From Fidelibacterota bacterium (GTDB lineage Bacteria > Fidelibacterota > Fidelibacteria > Fidelibacterales > Fidelibacteraceae), in contig JAYEOX010000075.1 of assembly GCA_034723415.1 (NCBI GenBank), positions 8,427 to 45,397 on the forward strand: DNA of 36,971 nucleotides, given 5' to 3'. Shown piece by piece: positions 9,539 through 20,312 of this stretch. How positions within the stretch are numbered: the first letter of the stretch is position 1; each line of letters opens with the position of its first letter. Below the pieces are notes generated by a model that was given only the letters and a program-made list of their open reading frames with translations, did not search any database and was not told the origin of the DNA. A program made the position numbers and the translations under genes.

Positions 9539-11089
9539 TTATTTTTTTGAGGGACTTTGCATTTTTTGATCGAGCAAAATAAATCCTAAAATAAAAATCG
9601 AAAATACTACACAGATTATAGCGAATGTATTTCCCCAGATTATGTAAAGTGGTGTATATGAAAAGGTGCTTAACTTTGCATCAAAAAATCCTTTTTTATT
9701 CAGTGGGATTTCTTTTTTTACAATTCCTTTTGGAGTTATTACCATAGAAATACCTGTATTTGCACATCTTACGAATGCTCGTTTAGATTCTACTGCTCTT
9801 ACTACTGATTGTGCCGCATGTTGATATGGTCCTAATGAATTTCCAAACCAAGAATCGTTAGTCACATTTATATGATATTTTGCTCCTTGACGCACATTAT
9901 TAATACTTATTTGTGGAAAAATAGATTCATAACAGATCATTGGAGAGATCATTACATTTCCATTAAATATTGTAAATGGTTCGTTATTTTCTCCGGGTGA
10001 AAAATTAGATTGCCCTAAGTTTAATTTTTTTAAGAATTCAAATTTTGTTGAAAATGGAATATATTCTCCAAAGGGAACAAGATGCACTTTATCGTATTCA
10101 CTTACAATTCCTTTATTTTTAACAAAAGAAAATAAACTGTTATTAAATTCTATTTCTTTATTAATATAATAGTGATCCGGAGAACCGGTGATCAATATTT
10201 TGCTTGTGTTGTTAACTAATTTTTCTATTACTTTCCTGTATTTACTTGTTCGAATATGTACTGGAGTGGCACTTTCCGGCCAAACAATAACATCAACAGA
10301 ATCAAGTCCTGATTTTGTGCTTAGCGAATCGAGATTTTTAAATACTTTTTTTCTATTTTTTATCTTCCATTTATCTAATGAGCCATAATTTGGTTGTACT
10401 ATTCGAAATGTGATTTTTTCTGCAATTTTGAAATTAATATTAAGTATAATAATTCCGTAAATGTAAGGTATTGCAAGTAATAATGCGACAGAAAGAATAT
10501 ATTTTTTAAATTTGATGTTACTGTTTTTTATTGATAAAATTGCTTTATACAAAAGTATATTAGTTAGAATAATTATGAATGAAACGAGATAAATTCCACC
10601 AATGTCAACAATTTGTAAAAAGGGAAGATTACCTACTTGAGAATTGCCAAGAGAGATCCATGGGAATCCAAATACGCCGTAACTTCTAATAAATTCAATT
10701 GAAACCCAAAATAATGGGAATGACCATAGTGCAAGATTAGCATTTCGTTTTTTTATTACAGTAAATAGGTAGCCGATGACTCCATAATTAACAGCTAAAT
10801 ATAACGCACCCAATATCATTGAAATAGTTGCAAAAATAAAATTGGTACCTACATTGAAAGCAAGCCAGTGAATCATAAAAGTAGAGTAAATAAAACCGAA
10901 AGAATATCCGATTTTAAAACCACTTTTTGTATTATTTAAAATATGAATAAGTGGAATAAGAGCTATGAATACAAAATAAAATTGATTGAATGGAGCAAAT
11001 GATAAAACAATAAAAATTACTGAAATTAAAATAGTTATTAAACGATGAGTAAGTATAAATTTTGAAATTATTTTTAAATATTTTGTCAT
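9539..11089 (-). CDS. lnt: Apolipoprotein N-acyltransferase
   Basis: Multiple TM helices; nitrilase triad motifs WPES, YDKVHLVPFGEY, ICYESIFP; TNDSWFG; RAVE. Confidence 0.95.
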   Translation of the reverse strand: MTKYLKIISKFILTHRLITILISVIFIVLSFAPFNQFYFVFIALIPLIHILNNTKSGFKIGYSFGFIYSTFMIHWLAFNVGTNFIFATISMILGALYLAVNYGVIGYLFTVIKKRNANLALWSFPLFWVSIEFIRSYGVFGFPWISLGNSQVGNLPFLQIVDIGGIYLVSFIIILTNILLYKAILSIKNSNIKFKKYILSVALLLAIPYIYGIIILNINFKIAEKITFRIVQPNYGSLDKWKIKNRKKVFKNLDSLSTKSGLDSVDVIVWPESATPVHIRTSKYRKVIEKLVNNTSKILITGSPDHYYINKEIEFNNSLFSFVKNKGIVSEYDKVHLVPFGEYIPFSTKFEFLKKLNLGQSNFSPGENNEPFTIFNGNVMISPMICYESIFPQISINNVRQGAKYHINVTNDSWFGNSLGPYQHAAQSVVRAVESKRAFVRCANTGISMVITPKGIVKKEIPLNKKGFFDAKLSTFSYTPLYIIWGNTFAIICVVFSIFILGFILLDQKMQSPSKK

Positions 11090-11093
11090 ACTA

Positions 11094-11507
11094 TCAACTA
11101 TTTGAATTTAAATAGTCCTTCAAAATAATAAAAGCAGACATTTGGTCTATTTTTTCTTTATTTTTAATAGTATTAATTCCTTTCTTAATTAGAATTTCTT
11201 TTGCTTCCTTGCTTGTATATCTTTCGTCCCATTTAATAATTTGACAATCAAAATTTATCTCAAGTAATTTAATAAAAACATCTACTTTCTCGGTTTGAGA
11301 TGTTTTATTTCCTGAAAGCCCGATAGGATAACCGATTATGATCTTTCCAATAGAATACTTGTTATATACATTTTTAATTTTTTCTATCGCATTTTCATTA
11401 GAATTATTAATAATTAATGTGGGCAAAGAAATTGGAATTATATTTAGCGGATCTGAAATTGCCATTCCTATTCGTTGACTTCCATAGTCAATGGAAATAA
11501 TTCTCAT
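11094..11507 (-). CDS. ruvX: Holliday-junction-resolvase-like pre-16S rRNA nuclease YqgF/RuvX
   Basis: IDYGSQRIGMAISD, IGYP, WDERYTS and IDQMSA motifs. Confidence 0.93.
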   Translation of the reverse strand: MRIISIDYGSQRIGMAISDPLNIIPISLPTLIINNSNENAIEKIKNVYNKYSIGKIIIGYPIGLSGNKTSQTEKVDVFIKLLEINFDCQIIKWDERYTSKEAKEILIKKGINTIKNKEKIDQMSAFIILKDYLNSNS

Positions 11508-11827
11508 TATTTTTTCTTTAAGGGTTGTTCTAAATATTTTTTTAATATTTTACCAGGTGTAAAATGAGTTTTTTTATGAGGTTTCACATATACAATTTCA
11601 TTTGTTCTTGGGTTGCGAGCTTTGGGTTTTGCTTTTGTAGGTTTAACTTCAAATGTTCCAAAATTACGAATTTCTATTCTAACTGTGTCTGCTTCATCTT
11701 TCATTAATAAATGTCTAAGAGCAGTAAAAAAGTCATCAACAAGCGGTTTAATTTCTTTTTGTTTGTGACTGGATATATTTGCCATTTCTCTGGTAATATC
11801 CACTTTTGTAAATGTTTTTTTTGTCAT
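11507..11827 (-). CDS. HU/IHF family DNA-binding protein
   Basis: IEIRNFGTFEV and ARNPRTNE arm motif, F.PGK. Confidence 0.9.
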   Translation of the reverse strand: MTKKTFTKVDITREMANISSHKQKEIKPLVDDFFTALRHLLMKDEADTVRIEIRNFGTFEVKPTKAKPKARNPRTNEIVYVKPHKKTHFTPGKILKKYLEQPLKKK

Positions 11828-11841
11828 AACGATTCCTTATT

Positions 11842-14007
11842 TTATGTTCTTTCTACTTTAATTATTCCCGGTATTTTTTTTAATTTTTTGATAACATTTT
11901 TTATATGTTTTAAATTATCAACAATAATAATGATGTTTCCTTGTGCAATTGCACCCTGCGACTTCATATTTATAGAAGCAATATTGGTTTTCATATTTTG
12001 AATGACATTGCTAATATCCTGAAGAATACCATTTCTGTTTTCACTTAAAATACTTAAGTGAGAGTAAAATGTATAATCAATGTTTTTATTCCAGTTGACT
12101 TCGATCAATCTGTCCAATTCCGTCTCTTCTGTTGGAATATTTGGGCAATCGCTACGATGTATTGTAATTCCTTTTCCTCTTGTGATGTATCCTACAATAT
12201 CATCACCCGGTATAGGATTGCAGCCTTTTCCAAAATTGACCATAACATTATCCACCCCTTGAACGGTAACACCCTTGGAAGTGCTCTTATAAAATCGTGG
12301 GAAAAATTTATGATCTTTTGTGTCTTTATCATTATTTATGTTTTTTTCTTTACAAACTTTATCTATTATTTCCTTAATAGTAATTTCACCTTTTCCAATT
12401 GCTTGAAAGAAAAGGTCTTGTGTCTGGAATCCCATTTCTTCATATTTTTTAGATATTTTTTTGATCTTATTAGCCATTTTTGCTTGGCGAAGTTTTTTAT
12501 CTAGAATTTCTTTACCTAAATTGATACTTTCTATATACTCATTTTTTCGAAACCAGCCTCTAATACGAGATTTTGCTCGGTTAGTTTTTACGAATTTTAG
12601 CCAGTTATAACTTGGTTTAATATTATTTGATGTAAGTATTTCTACTTTATCCCCACTACTTAAAATTGTATTTAATGGAACAATTCTTGAATTGACTTTT
12701 GATCCGATACAAGAAAGTCCAATTTCAGTATGAACTGCAAATGCAAAATCAAGAGCCGTAGCTTTTTTTTGTAATGTGATCAAGTCGCCTTTGGGAGTAA
12801 ATACAAAAATTTCATCTTTAAAAAGATCTATTTTCAATGTTTCCATAAAATCTTCACTACTATTTGGATCGCTTTTTAAAATATTAATTAACTCTCTGAG
12901 CCAAAGTACTTTTTTATCAATTTCATCTATATCTTTACTGGTTTCTTTATATTTCCAATGAGCTGCAATTCCTGTTTCTGCAATTCTATCCATTTCATCA
13001 GTTCTAATTTGAATTTCTACATTTTTTCCTTCCGGTCCTATTATTGTGGTGTGGACCGATTGATATCCATTTGATTTTGGAGTGGCAATAAAATCTCTAA
13101 ATCTTTCAGCGATAGGTTTAAATTGTTGATGAATAATTCCTAATACAGCATAGCAATCGGACACTTTATCTACGATAATTCTAATAGCCAAAATGTCATA
13201 AATTTTGTCTAAATCTTTGTTTTGAAGATTCATTTTTTTGTTTATAGAAGATAAATTTTTAGTTCTTCCTAAAATTTTTGTTTTAATATTATTTTCATTC
13301 AATGACTTTTGGATTGTTTTCTTAAACTTATTAATATATTCATTAAAATGTTTCTTATTTTTAAGCACTTGATTTTTTAAAAATTTATATCGATCTGATT
13401 GTAGATATTTAAAAGACAGATCTTCCAATTCGCTTTTTATTTTGTACATTCCTAATCTGTGTGCAAGTGGTGCATATACATCACGGGTTTCAAGTGATAT
13501 ACGCTTCTGTTTTGATCTGGGCATTGATTTCAATGTTCTCATATTATTTAAGCGATCGGCAAATTTGACAATTATAACTCTAATATCATTGGCAACACTA
13601 AGCAGCATTTTTCTGAAATTACTTGCTTGTCTATCTTCCTGGCTATTAAACTTTATATCACTTATTTTGGTTACGCCCTCAACAATATTTGCAATAGTTT
13701 CAGAAAATTCATTAATAATTATTTTTTTTGAATATTCTGTATCTTCTAAAATATCATGAAGTAATCCGGCGCAAATAGTTGTTGTATCCATAGATAATTC
13801 TGTAAGAATTATTGCCGTCTGATATAAATGTTCAAAATATGGTTCACCTGACAATCTAAATTGTTCGTCATGTCCTTTTTTAGCAAAATTATATGTTTTC
13901 CATAATAATGGAATATCTTTTTCCACTTGTGGATTATATTCTTTGATCTTATTTATTAGGTCTGTAAATTTTTTTGGATATTTTTTATTGATTTTCTCGG
14001 GTTTCAT
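11842..14007 (-). CDS. rel: Bifunctional (p)ppGpp synthetase/hydrolase Rel (long RSH)
   Basis: HD motif LLHDILED, KFADR.NNMRTL, RFRD, PKSNGYQSVHT, EIQIRT, TGS (FTPKG, DFAFAVHT) and C-terminal ACT domain. Confidence 0.95.
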   Translation of the reverse strand: MKPEKINKKYPKKFTDLINKIKEYNPQVEKDIPLLWKTYNFAKKGHDEQFRLSGEPYFEHLYQTAIILTELSMDTTTICAGLLHDILEDTEYSKKIIINEFSETIANIVEGVTKISDIKFNSQEDRQASNFRKMLLSVANDIRVIIVKFADRLNNMRTLKSMPRSKQKRISLETRDVYAPLAHRLGMYKIKSELEDLSFKYLQSDRYKFLKNQVLKNKKHFNEYINKFKKTIQKSLNENNIKTKILGRTKNLSSINKKMNLQNKDLDKIYDILAIRIIVDKVSDCYAVLGIIHQQFKPIAERFRDFIATPKSNGYQSVHTTIIGPEGKNVEIQIRTDEMDRIAETGIAAHWKYKETSKDIDEIDKKVLWLRELINILKSDPNSSEDFMETLKIDLFKDEIFVFTPKGDLITLQKKATALDFAFAVHTEIGLSCIGSKVNSRIVPLNTILSSGDKVEILTSNNIKPSYNWLKFVKTNRAKSRIRGWFRKNEYIESINLGKEILDKKLRQAKMANKIKKISKKYEEMGFQTQDLFFQAIGKGEITIKEIIDKVCKEKNINNDKDTKDHKFFPRFYKSTSKGVTVQGVDNVMVNFGKGCNPIPGDDIVGYITRGKGITIHRSDCPNIPTEETELDRLIEVNWNKNIDYTFYSHLSILSENRNGILQDISNVIQNMKTNIASINMKSQGAIAQGNIIIIVDNLKHIKNVIKKLKKIPGIIKVERT

Positions 14008-15368
14008 TAAAATGCGCTATCTATTTGATCTTGATATTCACCTAAAGTCAATTCATAAAATCTTGCAATGTTTTTTTGAAAATTCAAGTCAACTTTACCA
14101 ATTGGGCCATTTCTTTGTTTAGAAATTATTAATTCTGCTTTGCCTTCATCTTCAGGATCTTTAGAATAAATTATTGGACGAAAAACAAACATTACTACAT
14201 CAGCATCCTGTTCTATAGCTCCGGATTCTCTTAAATCAGATAATTGCGGTTTGTGGTCACCACCTCTTTTCTCTACTTCACGACTAAGTTGTGAAAGAGC
14301 GATAACAGGAATCTTTAATTCTTTTGATAATGCTTTTAATCCTTGACTGATACTAGATATTTCATGTTGTCTGTTATCAATTCTCCCTGTTGCATGAGCT
14401 AATTGCAAGTAATCGATAAACAAAATATCTAAACCTTTTTCATTTTTTAATCGTCTTGCTCTACTGCGAATATCTAAAATATTCAATCCGGCGGTGTCAT
14501 CAATAAAAATATCTGCTTCTGAGAGAGCGCTTGCTGCTTTTGTCAAGTCATTCCATAAAGCTCCCGGAACATTTCCTTTTCTTAATTTTTGATGATCAAT
14601 TCCACTTTGTGAACTTAAAAATCTCAAGCCGAGTTGTTGCTCAGACATTTCCAATGAAAATATTCCAACTTTATAATGATGTGAAATTGCCATAGATCTC
14701 GCCATTGTGATTGCTAAAGCTGTTTTTCCCATGGAAGGGCGTCCTGCAATAATAATAAGATCAGATTGTTGAAATCCGGATGTAATTGAATCTAAAGGAG
14801 CAAAACCAGTATGTATTCCAATGACTTCTCCTTTATGATGAGATAACTTATCTACATGATCTATAGTATCTTGAATTATTTCCGGAATAGGATTAAAATC
14901 ACCTTTAAATGTTCTTTCTTTTAATGAAAAAATATTCTGTTCGGCATTGTCCAACATATTCCCAACTTCTTCTTTTTCATTATATGCATCTGTAATAAGT
15001 TTCGTAGAAGTGGTAATAATTGTTCTTAATGTTGCTTTGTCACTAACTATTTGGGCATAATATTCAATATTTGCTGCTGTTGGGACTGATGCTATTATCT
15101 TTGAAATGGTCGCACTTCCACCAATTTTATCTAATAATTTTAGCTGTATAAGTTTTTCTGTTACAGTTAAGTGATCAATGGCTTGTGATAGTTTAGATAA
15201 TTCTTTTATCGATCTGAATATTAACTGATGTGCTTCTTTATAAAAATCAGATTCTTTTAATAATTCTATCCCACGATAAGCAGCGTCTGGTTCTAACATC
15301 ATTGCACCTAATACGGCAATTTCTGCTTCTATTGATTGTGGTGGAGTTCTTGTAATGTCTTCTACCAA
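14007..15368 (-). CDS. dnaB: Replicative DNA helicase
   Basis: PPQSIEAE, AGRPSMGKT, FSLEMS, IDYLQL, LSQLSR, DLRESGAIEQDAD, KQRNGP; no intein. Confidence 0.97.
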   Translation of the reverse strand: MVEDITRTPPQSIEAEIAVLGAMMLEPDAAYRGIELLKESDFYKEAHQLIFRSIKELSKLSQAIDHLTVTEKLIQLKLLDKIGGSATISKIIASVPTAANIEYYAQIVSDKATLRTIITTSTKLITDAYNEKEEVGNMLDNAEQNIFSLKERTFKGDFNPIPEIIQDTIDHVDKLSHHKGEVIGIHTGFAPLDSITSGFQQSDLIIIAGRPSMGKTALAITMARSMAISHHYKVGIFSLEMSEQQLGLRFLSSQSGIDHQKLRKGNVPGALWNDLTKAASALSEADIFIDDTAGLNILDIRSRARRLKNEKGLDILFIDYLQLAHATGRIDNRQHEISSISQGLKALSKELKIPVIALSQLSREVEKRGGDHKPQLSDLRESGAIEQDADVVMFVFRPIIYSKDPEDEGKAELIISKQRNGPIGKVDLNFQKNIARFYELTLGEYQDQIDSAF

Positions 15369-15393
15369 TTTTTATTCCTTTTAAAATATAATA

Positions 15394-16035
15394 TTATAAA
15401 TATTTATTTGCTATCATCTTGAAATCTGATATAATACTATCCTTCCAATTTGGATTTCTAAGAATTGCTGCAGGATGATATGTAACATATAGATCAACAT
15501 TTTGATAATAGTATTTTTGACCTCTCATTCTACCTAAGGATAATTCTTTTTTTATTAATGTTTTTCCGGCTATTCTTCCTAAGGCAACAATAACTTTTGG
15601 GTTGATCAAAGAAATTTGTTTATGTAAATATGGTTCACAAGTTGCAATTTCATCTGGAAGAGGATCGCGATTTTTTGGTGGACGGCATTTCAATACATTG
15701 GCAATAAAAATATCATCTCTGCTTAAATTAATTTCCATCAATAATTTATCAAGAAGTTTACCTGCTCTTCCTACAAATGTAATTCCGGTTGCATCTTCGG
15801 TCGCTCCGGGAGCTTCACCAACAAACATAATATCCGCATTTGCATTTCCATCACCAAATACAAACTTGTTACGACTATTTCCTAATTGGCATTTTTTGCA
15901 ATTTTCAATCTCTCTTTTATATACTTCTAATTTATTTGTAAATAGATCTTTTTTTAGCATTAATTTATTCCCAAAAACATCTTTTAGATAATTTAAATAT
16001 CTTATTGTTTTATTATCAATTTTTTTTGTGATCAT
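15394..16035 (-). CDS. Uracil-DNA glycosylase family 4 (4Fe-4S)
   Basis: CKKC, GEAPG..ED..G..FVG.AG, NVLKCRPP.NR, TYHPAA motifs. Confidence 0.92.
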   Translation of the reverse strand: MITKKIDNKTIRYLNYLKDVFGNKLMLKKDLFTNKLEVYKREIENCKKCQLGNSRNKFVFGDGNANADIMFVGEAPGATEDATGITFVGRAGKLLDKLLMEINLSRDDIFIANVLKCRPPKNRDPLPDEIATCEPYLHKQISLINPKVIVALGRIAGKTLIKKELSLGRMRGQKYYYQNVDLYVTYHPAAILRNPNWKDSIISDFKMIANKYL

Positions 16036-17225
16036 ATTAATATTTTTAATATTTCATCAGCTAATTCATTTTTTGTCATTAATTTCTTTTCAAGAATTTT
16101 CTCATTTTTGGTGATTATTGTGACTTTATTTGTATCGCTTTCGAACCCGGCGCCTTTTTCATTTGGGTCATTTACAATTATATAATCCAAATTTTTCTTT
16201 TTTAATTTCTCAATTGAATTGTGAATTTTATTTTCAGTTTCAACACTAAAACCAACTAATATTTGATCTTTTTTTATTTTCCCTAATTCTAATAAAATAT
16301 CTTTTGTTGTTGTAAAATTTAATGTTCTTGGAATATCGGATTTTTTTATTTTATTAGATTCTCTATTTGTTGGTTTAAGATCTTCAACTGCCGCTGACAT
16401 GATCACGATATCTGCCCATTCAAATTTTTCTATAACTGCTTCAAACATCTCTTTACTCGAAACAACAGAATCTGTTTCAATATTTTCTTGTGCTGATAGG
16501 GAAGTGGGACCTAAAATTAATTTTACATTTCCACCATGTTTTTTAGCAGAATTCGCCAGAGCAATTCCCATTTTTCCGGTAGAAGGATTTGAAATGAATC
16601 GTACTGAATCCAAATATTCTCTTGTTGGGCCACCGGTGATTAAAATATTTTTACCTTTTAAGAATTTGTTATTAGCAGAATACAGATTATCAATTATTAT
16701 TTTTTCCTCTGCTAATCTTCCAATTCCTTCACCTTCAATATTTGTTGCTAATTTACCTGTTTCCGGCTCAATAATGTTATAACCGTTTTTAATAAGTGAC
16801 TCTTTGTTTTTTGTGAAAAATGGATTGTGATACATGTTTTTATTCATTGCTAAAGCGAAAAAAGTATTCTTCGGCTTAGAAGTCATTAACATCGTACTTA
16901 ATAGATCATCTGCAATTCCATTAGCAACTTTTCCAATGATATTTGCAGTAGCCGGCGCGACTAAAAAAATATCGGATTGACTTACAAGATCTATATGGCG
17001 AGTCGAAACTATCCGCTCTTTTTCAAACATATCTGTAAGAACTTTATTTCCGGTAAAGGTCTCAAAAATAAGAGGTGTCATGAACTCTTGAGCTGATTTT
17101 GTCATTATTACTTTTACATCACAATTATGATCATTAGTAAGATGACGGATGAGAGAAGCAATTTTATAAATTGCAATTCCACCTGTTAAACCGAGTAATA
17201 TTTTTTTATTTTTTAAATTCATCAA
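16032..17225 (-). CDS. coaBC: Phosphopantothenoylcysteine decarboxylase/synthetase
   Basis: TGGIAIYK, APATAN, AMN..M, TGGPT.E.LD.VRFISN.STGKMG, LVGFSVET. Confidence 0.95.
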   Translation of the reverse strand: MMNLKNKKILLGLTGGIAIYKIASLIRHLTNDHNCDVKVIMTKSAQEFMTPLIFETFTGNKVLTDMFEKERIVSTRHIDLVSQSDIFLVAPATANIIGKVANGIADDLLSTMLMTSKPKNTFFALAMNKNMYHNPFFTKNKESLIKNGYNIIEPETGKLATNIEGEGIGRLAEEKIIIDNLYSANNKFLKGKNILITGGPTREYLDSVRFISNPSTGKMGIALANSAKKHGGNVKLILGPTSLSAQENIETDSVVSSKEMFEAVIEKFEWADIVIMSAAVEDLKPTNRESNKIKKSDIPRTLNFTTTKDILLELGKIKKDQILVGFSVETENKIHNSIEKLKKKNLDYIIVNDPNEKGAGFESDTNKVTIITKNEKILEKKLMTKNELADEILKILI

Positions 17226-17246
17226 TTTTTTTTTATAAATATATTA

Positions 17247-17528
17247 TTATTCGTCTTCTTCAACTTTTTTATTGGGATCTTTATAACCAAATTCAATTTC
17301 ACCTTTTGCAAATTCTTCCATTGCAATGGTTGACGGTTTCTCGAGAGAAGAAAAATCAATTTCATCGTATTCCAAACTTTCTTCCATCTCCTCTTCTGAT
17401 AAGTATGATTTAATTTTGAATTTTTCTGATCTTTCTTGGTTTATTTGTCTCGCTCTCTTTGCAATAACTGTAATAGCTTCGAAAATATCTTGTTTTTCAT
17501 TTTTATCTAATTGATTTACTGGTGACAT
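17247..17528 (-). CDS. rpoZ: RNA polymerase omega subunit
   Basis: IAKRARQIN and KP..IAMEE...G motifs; between gmk and coaBC. Confidence 0.85.
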   Translation of the reverse strand: MSPVNQLDKNEKQDIFEAITVIAKRARQINQERSEKFKIKSYLSEEEMEESLEYDEIDFSSLEKPSTIAMEEFAKGEIEFGYKDPNKKVEEDE

Positions 17529-17530
17529 TT

Positions 17531-18118
17531 TTATTCTCCTAATTTTAAAATATTATTTTTTATTATTTTTTCAATTTTATTTATACAACTAGTTAATTTA
17601 TCATTAATTACGATAAAATCAAAATTATCTTTTTCTTTTTTTTCCAAAGAAATGCGCGAAAGTCGTTTTTCAATGGATTCCTTTGATTCTGTAGCTCTTT
17701 TTTTTAATCTTTGTATAAGAAGGTCCTCATTCGGAACATCAATAAATATAGTTATTGAATTATTTGGAAATTGTCTTTTTACATTTAATGCTCCCAAAAC
17801 ATCCAAATCAAGTATTAGTATTTGGCCATTATTAATTGTGTTTGTAACTTGTTCTTTTATTGTTCCATAATATTCTCCATGTACATTTTCAGATTCTACT
17901 AATTCATTTAAAGATAATAATTTGTTAAATTTGTCTGATGAAATGAAATAATAATCTTTACCGTTTTTTTCATAATCTCGCTTTTTTCTAGTCGTAGCCG
18001 AAATTGAAAACTTCCAAGATTTGTTTTTTTGTAATAATTGCTTGATTATTGTTGTTTTTCCCGCTCCACTATGAGCTGCAAAAATTACCAATAGTCCTTT
18101 TATTGAATGTTTTGACAT
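17531..18118 (-). CDS. gmk: Guanylate kinase
   Basis: SGAGKTT P-loop, SISATTR..R..E..GKDYYF, HGEYYGT, D.DV.GA. Confidence 0.95.
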   Translation of the reverse strand: MSKHSIKGLLVIFAAHSGAGKTTIIKQLLQKNKSWKFSISATTRKKRDYEKNGKDYYFISSDKFNKLLSLNELVESENVHGEYYGTIKEQVTNTINNGQILILDLDVLGALNVKRQFPNNSITIFIDVPNEDLLIQRLKKRATESKESIEKRLSRISLEKKEKDNFDFIVINDKLTSCINKIEKIIKNNILKLGE

Positions 18119-18975
18119 TGTTCCCTTAATATTTCTATTTGGTTTTTTAGTTCTACAACTTTTTGAGATATTTTAGAAGAATTTGCTTTGTTGCCAATCG
18201 TTGTGATCTCTCTTAACATTTCTTGTAGAAGGAATATCAACCTTTTTCCAACATTTTCATCATATTCTAAGTAGTTGTTGAATTGATTGATATGACTTGA
18301 TAATCTTTCATTTTCTTCTGAAATATCTAATTTATCCGCTAATAAAACGATCTCTTGTTCAATTAATCCGGCTTCTATTTTTTTTGTGTTTAATAATTTT
18401 GTTACTCGATCTTTTAATTTATTGAAATGCTCAGATATGTTTTTTTTCTGTAATTTCCTTATAGATAAATTTTCTTGTTCGATATTTTTTAGAATTTTTA
18501 TAAAAGATCTTTTTATATGTTCTCCCTCTTTAACCTGCATTTCAATTAAATTATTTAGAGCTCCTTCTGTACAAGTTAATATTTCCTTTGCTAATTTAGA
18601 ATTTATTAATTCCTCTGAATTAGTAGTAAAAATGTCAGGTAACTGAATTAAATCGGATATTTTTAGATCATTATCTAAATTAAATTCATCTTTAATAGAA
18701 AGTAATTCGTTGATATAATTTTTTAAGATACCTTTATTGATTTTTTTATTAATTATAGAATCATCAGTATCTGAGAAAATTATTTTATATGATATTTTAC
18801 CCCTGGATATTTTATTTTTTAGTAAATTATTTAATTGCTCTTGTAGAAAATTTAATTCATTAGTTATATTAAAATATATGTTAAAGTAGCGACTATTCAC
18901 AGAATGAATTTCTACATGAAATTTTTTGCCTTTAAACTCTCCCTCATATCTTCCAAATCCCGTCATACTTCTCAA
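18100..18975 (-). CDS. yicC: YicC/YloC family endoribonuclease
   Basis: SMTGFG, SVNSRY, RGK, D.SEE..RL.SH, GKRL.FL.QEM.RE..TIG.K, REQ.QN. Confidence 0.92.
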   Translation of the reverse strand: MRSMTGFGRYEGEFKGKKFHVEIHSVNSRYFNIYFNITNELNFLQEQLNNLLKNKISRGKISYKIIFSDTDDSIINKKINKGILKNYINELLSIKDEFNLDNDLKISDLIQLPDIFTTNSEELINSKLAKEILTCTEGALNNLIEMQVKEGEHIKRSFIKILKNIEQENLSIRKLQKKNISEHFNKLKDRVTKLLNTKKIEAGLIEQEIVLLADKLDISEENERLSSHINQFNNYLEYDENVGKRLIFLLQEMLREITTIGNKANSSKISQKVVELKNQIEILREQCQNIQ

Positions 18976-19002
18976 AATATTTCTCCATTTATTTTGGGTA
19001 AT

Positions 19003-19032
19003 AGTATAATAAATTTTATGCTATATATCAAA
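19003..19032 (-). promoter_or_regulatory. Putative sigma-70 promoter for the yicC-gmk-rpoZ-coaBC... operon
   Basis: Minus strand TTGATA (19031-19026)-N17-TATACT (19008-19003). Confidence 0.55.
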
Positions 19033-19299
19033 TAAAAACTTTGATTTAATTAGAAAAGAGGAAGGGAAAATGTAAACATAGTAAAATATTGTCTTTGGCA
19101 TTTTACAGATCAAAAAAGTAAAAAATTATTCACAGAATACACCGAAAAAAATTAAGGAAAAAGAAATAAAAAAATTTTTGAAAGAGATAATAAATATTGA
19201 TGACGTATAAAATTTTCATAGGTATTAAAAAATCATTATAGTATCAGATTTTTTTAATCTGCAAAAAAATGTTTAAAGATAAAATAAATTTAAAAAATG

Positions 19300-19331
19300 T
19301 TTGTTTTTATATTAAAAATATTGTATAATTA
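19300..19331 (+). promoter_or_regulatory. Putative sigma-70 promoter of rpoD
   Basis: TTGTTT (19301-19306)-N17-TATAAT (19324-19329). Confidence 0.55.
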
Positions 19332-19357
19332 ATGTTGGTAAATTTAAATGAGGGCAA

Positions 19358-20278
19358 ATGACAAAAAAAGTAAATAAAACAAAAAAGACCAAACAAGAGA
19401 AATCAAAAGGAACTAAAAGGTTTAAAAAGCGAAAAGTTAAACAAAGGAATGATGCTAATAGATCGCTAAGTAAATATCTTGATGAAATAGGACATTTTGA
19501 ACCTTTATCTCCAGAAGATGAAATAAAAATTGCAAAAAAAGTAAAGCAAGGTGATAGAGACGCTTTAAGAGTATTGTGTGAATCAAATTTACGATTTGTT
19601 GTTAGTGTTGCAAAAGATTATCAAGGTCAAGGTTTACCGCTAACAGATTTGATCAATGAAGGGAATTTAGGTTTGATAAAAGCTGCCGAAAGATTTGATG
19701 AAACTCGTGGTTTCAAATTTATTTCCTATGCTGTCTGGTGGATCAGGCAATCTATTTTGCAATCATTAGCTGAACATAGCAGAATTGTTCGTTTGCCATT
19801 AAATCGAGTCGGTACAATTAGTAAAATCAGTAGAGCTGCAGAAGAAATAGAAGGATATAATGAAAGGACACCGAATGTAAATGAAATTGCAAATAAATTA
19901 GGTGTTAAAACAAATGAAATTTCTGATGCTGTACGTATTGCTAAAAGGCATCATTCGTTAGATGCACCATTTAAAGAGGGTGAAAAAAATTCACTTATAA
20001 ATGTTATTGAAGATAATGAACAAAATCCGCCTGAATCACCATTGATTGATGAGTCATTAGAATCGGAAATTCAATCGGTTTTAGCAACTTTAGAACCAAG
20101 AGAAAGTAGCGTAATAAAAATGTATTTCGGTATTGGCAGAGAATATGCATTAACATTAAATGAAATTGGAGAAGAATTTAATTTAACTCGTGAAAGAGTA
20201 CGACAGATTAAAGAAAAAGCAATTCGTAGATTGCAACATAAATCCAGAAGTAAAAAATTAAAATCCTTTTTAGGATAA
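19358..20278 (+). CDS. rpoD: RNA polymerase sigma-70 factor, RpoD/SigA family (short, lacks region 1.1)
   Basis: [49 protein letters not shown], region 4 [13 protein letters not shown]. Confidence 0.9.
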   Translation: MTKKVNKTKKTKQEKSKGTKRFKKRKVKQRNDANRSLSKYLDEIGHFEPLSPEDEIKIAKKVKQGDRDALRVLCESNLRFVVSVAKDYQGQGLPLTDLINEGNLGLIKAAERFDETRGFKFISYAVWWIRQSILQSLAEHSRIVRLPLNRVGTISKISRAAEEIEGYNERTPNVNEIANKLGVKTNEISDAVRIAKRHHSLDAPFKEGEKNSLINVIEDNEQNPPESPLIDESLESEIQSVLATLEPRESSVIKMYFGIGREYALTLNEIGEEFNLTRERVRQIKEKAIRRLQHKSRSKKLKSFLG

Positions 20279-20312
20279 TAAATAAATTGTTGATTGGAGG
20301 TGATTTACAAAA

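Noticed and set aside
14007..15368. Intein in DnaB
   Set aside because: Length (453 aa) and motif spacing are normal; no insertion
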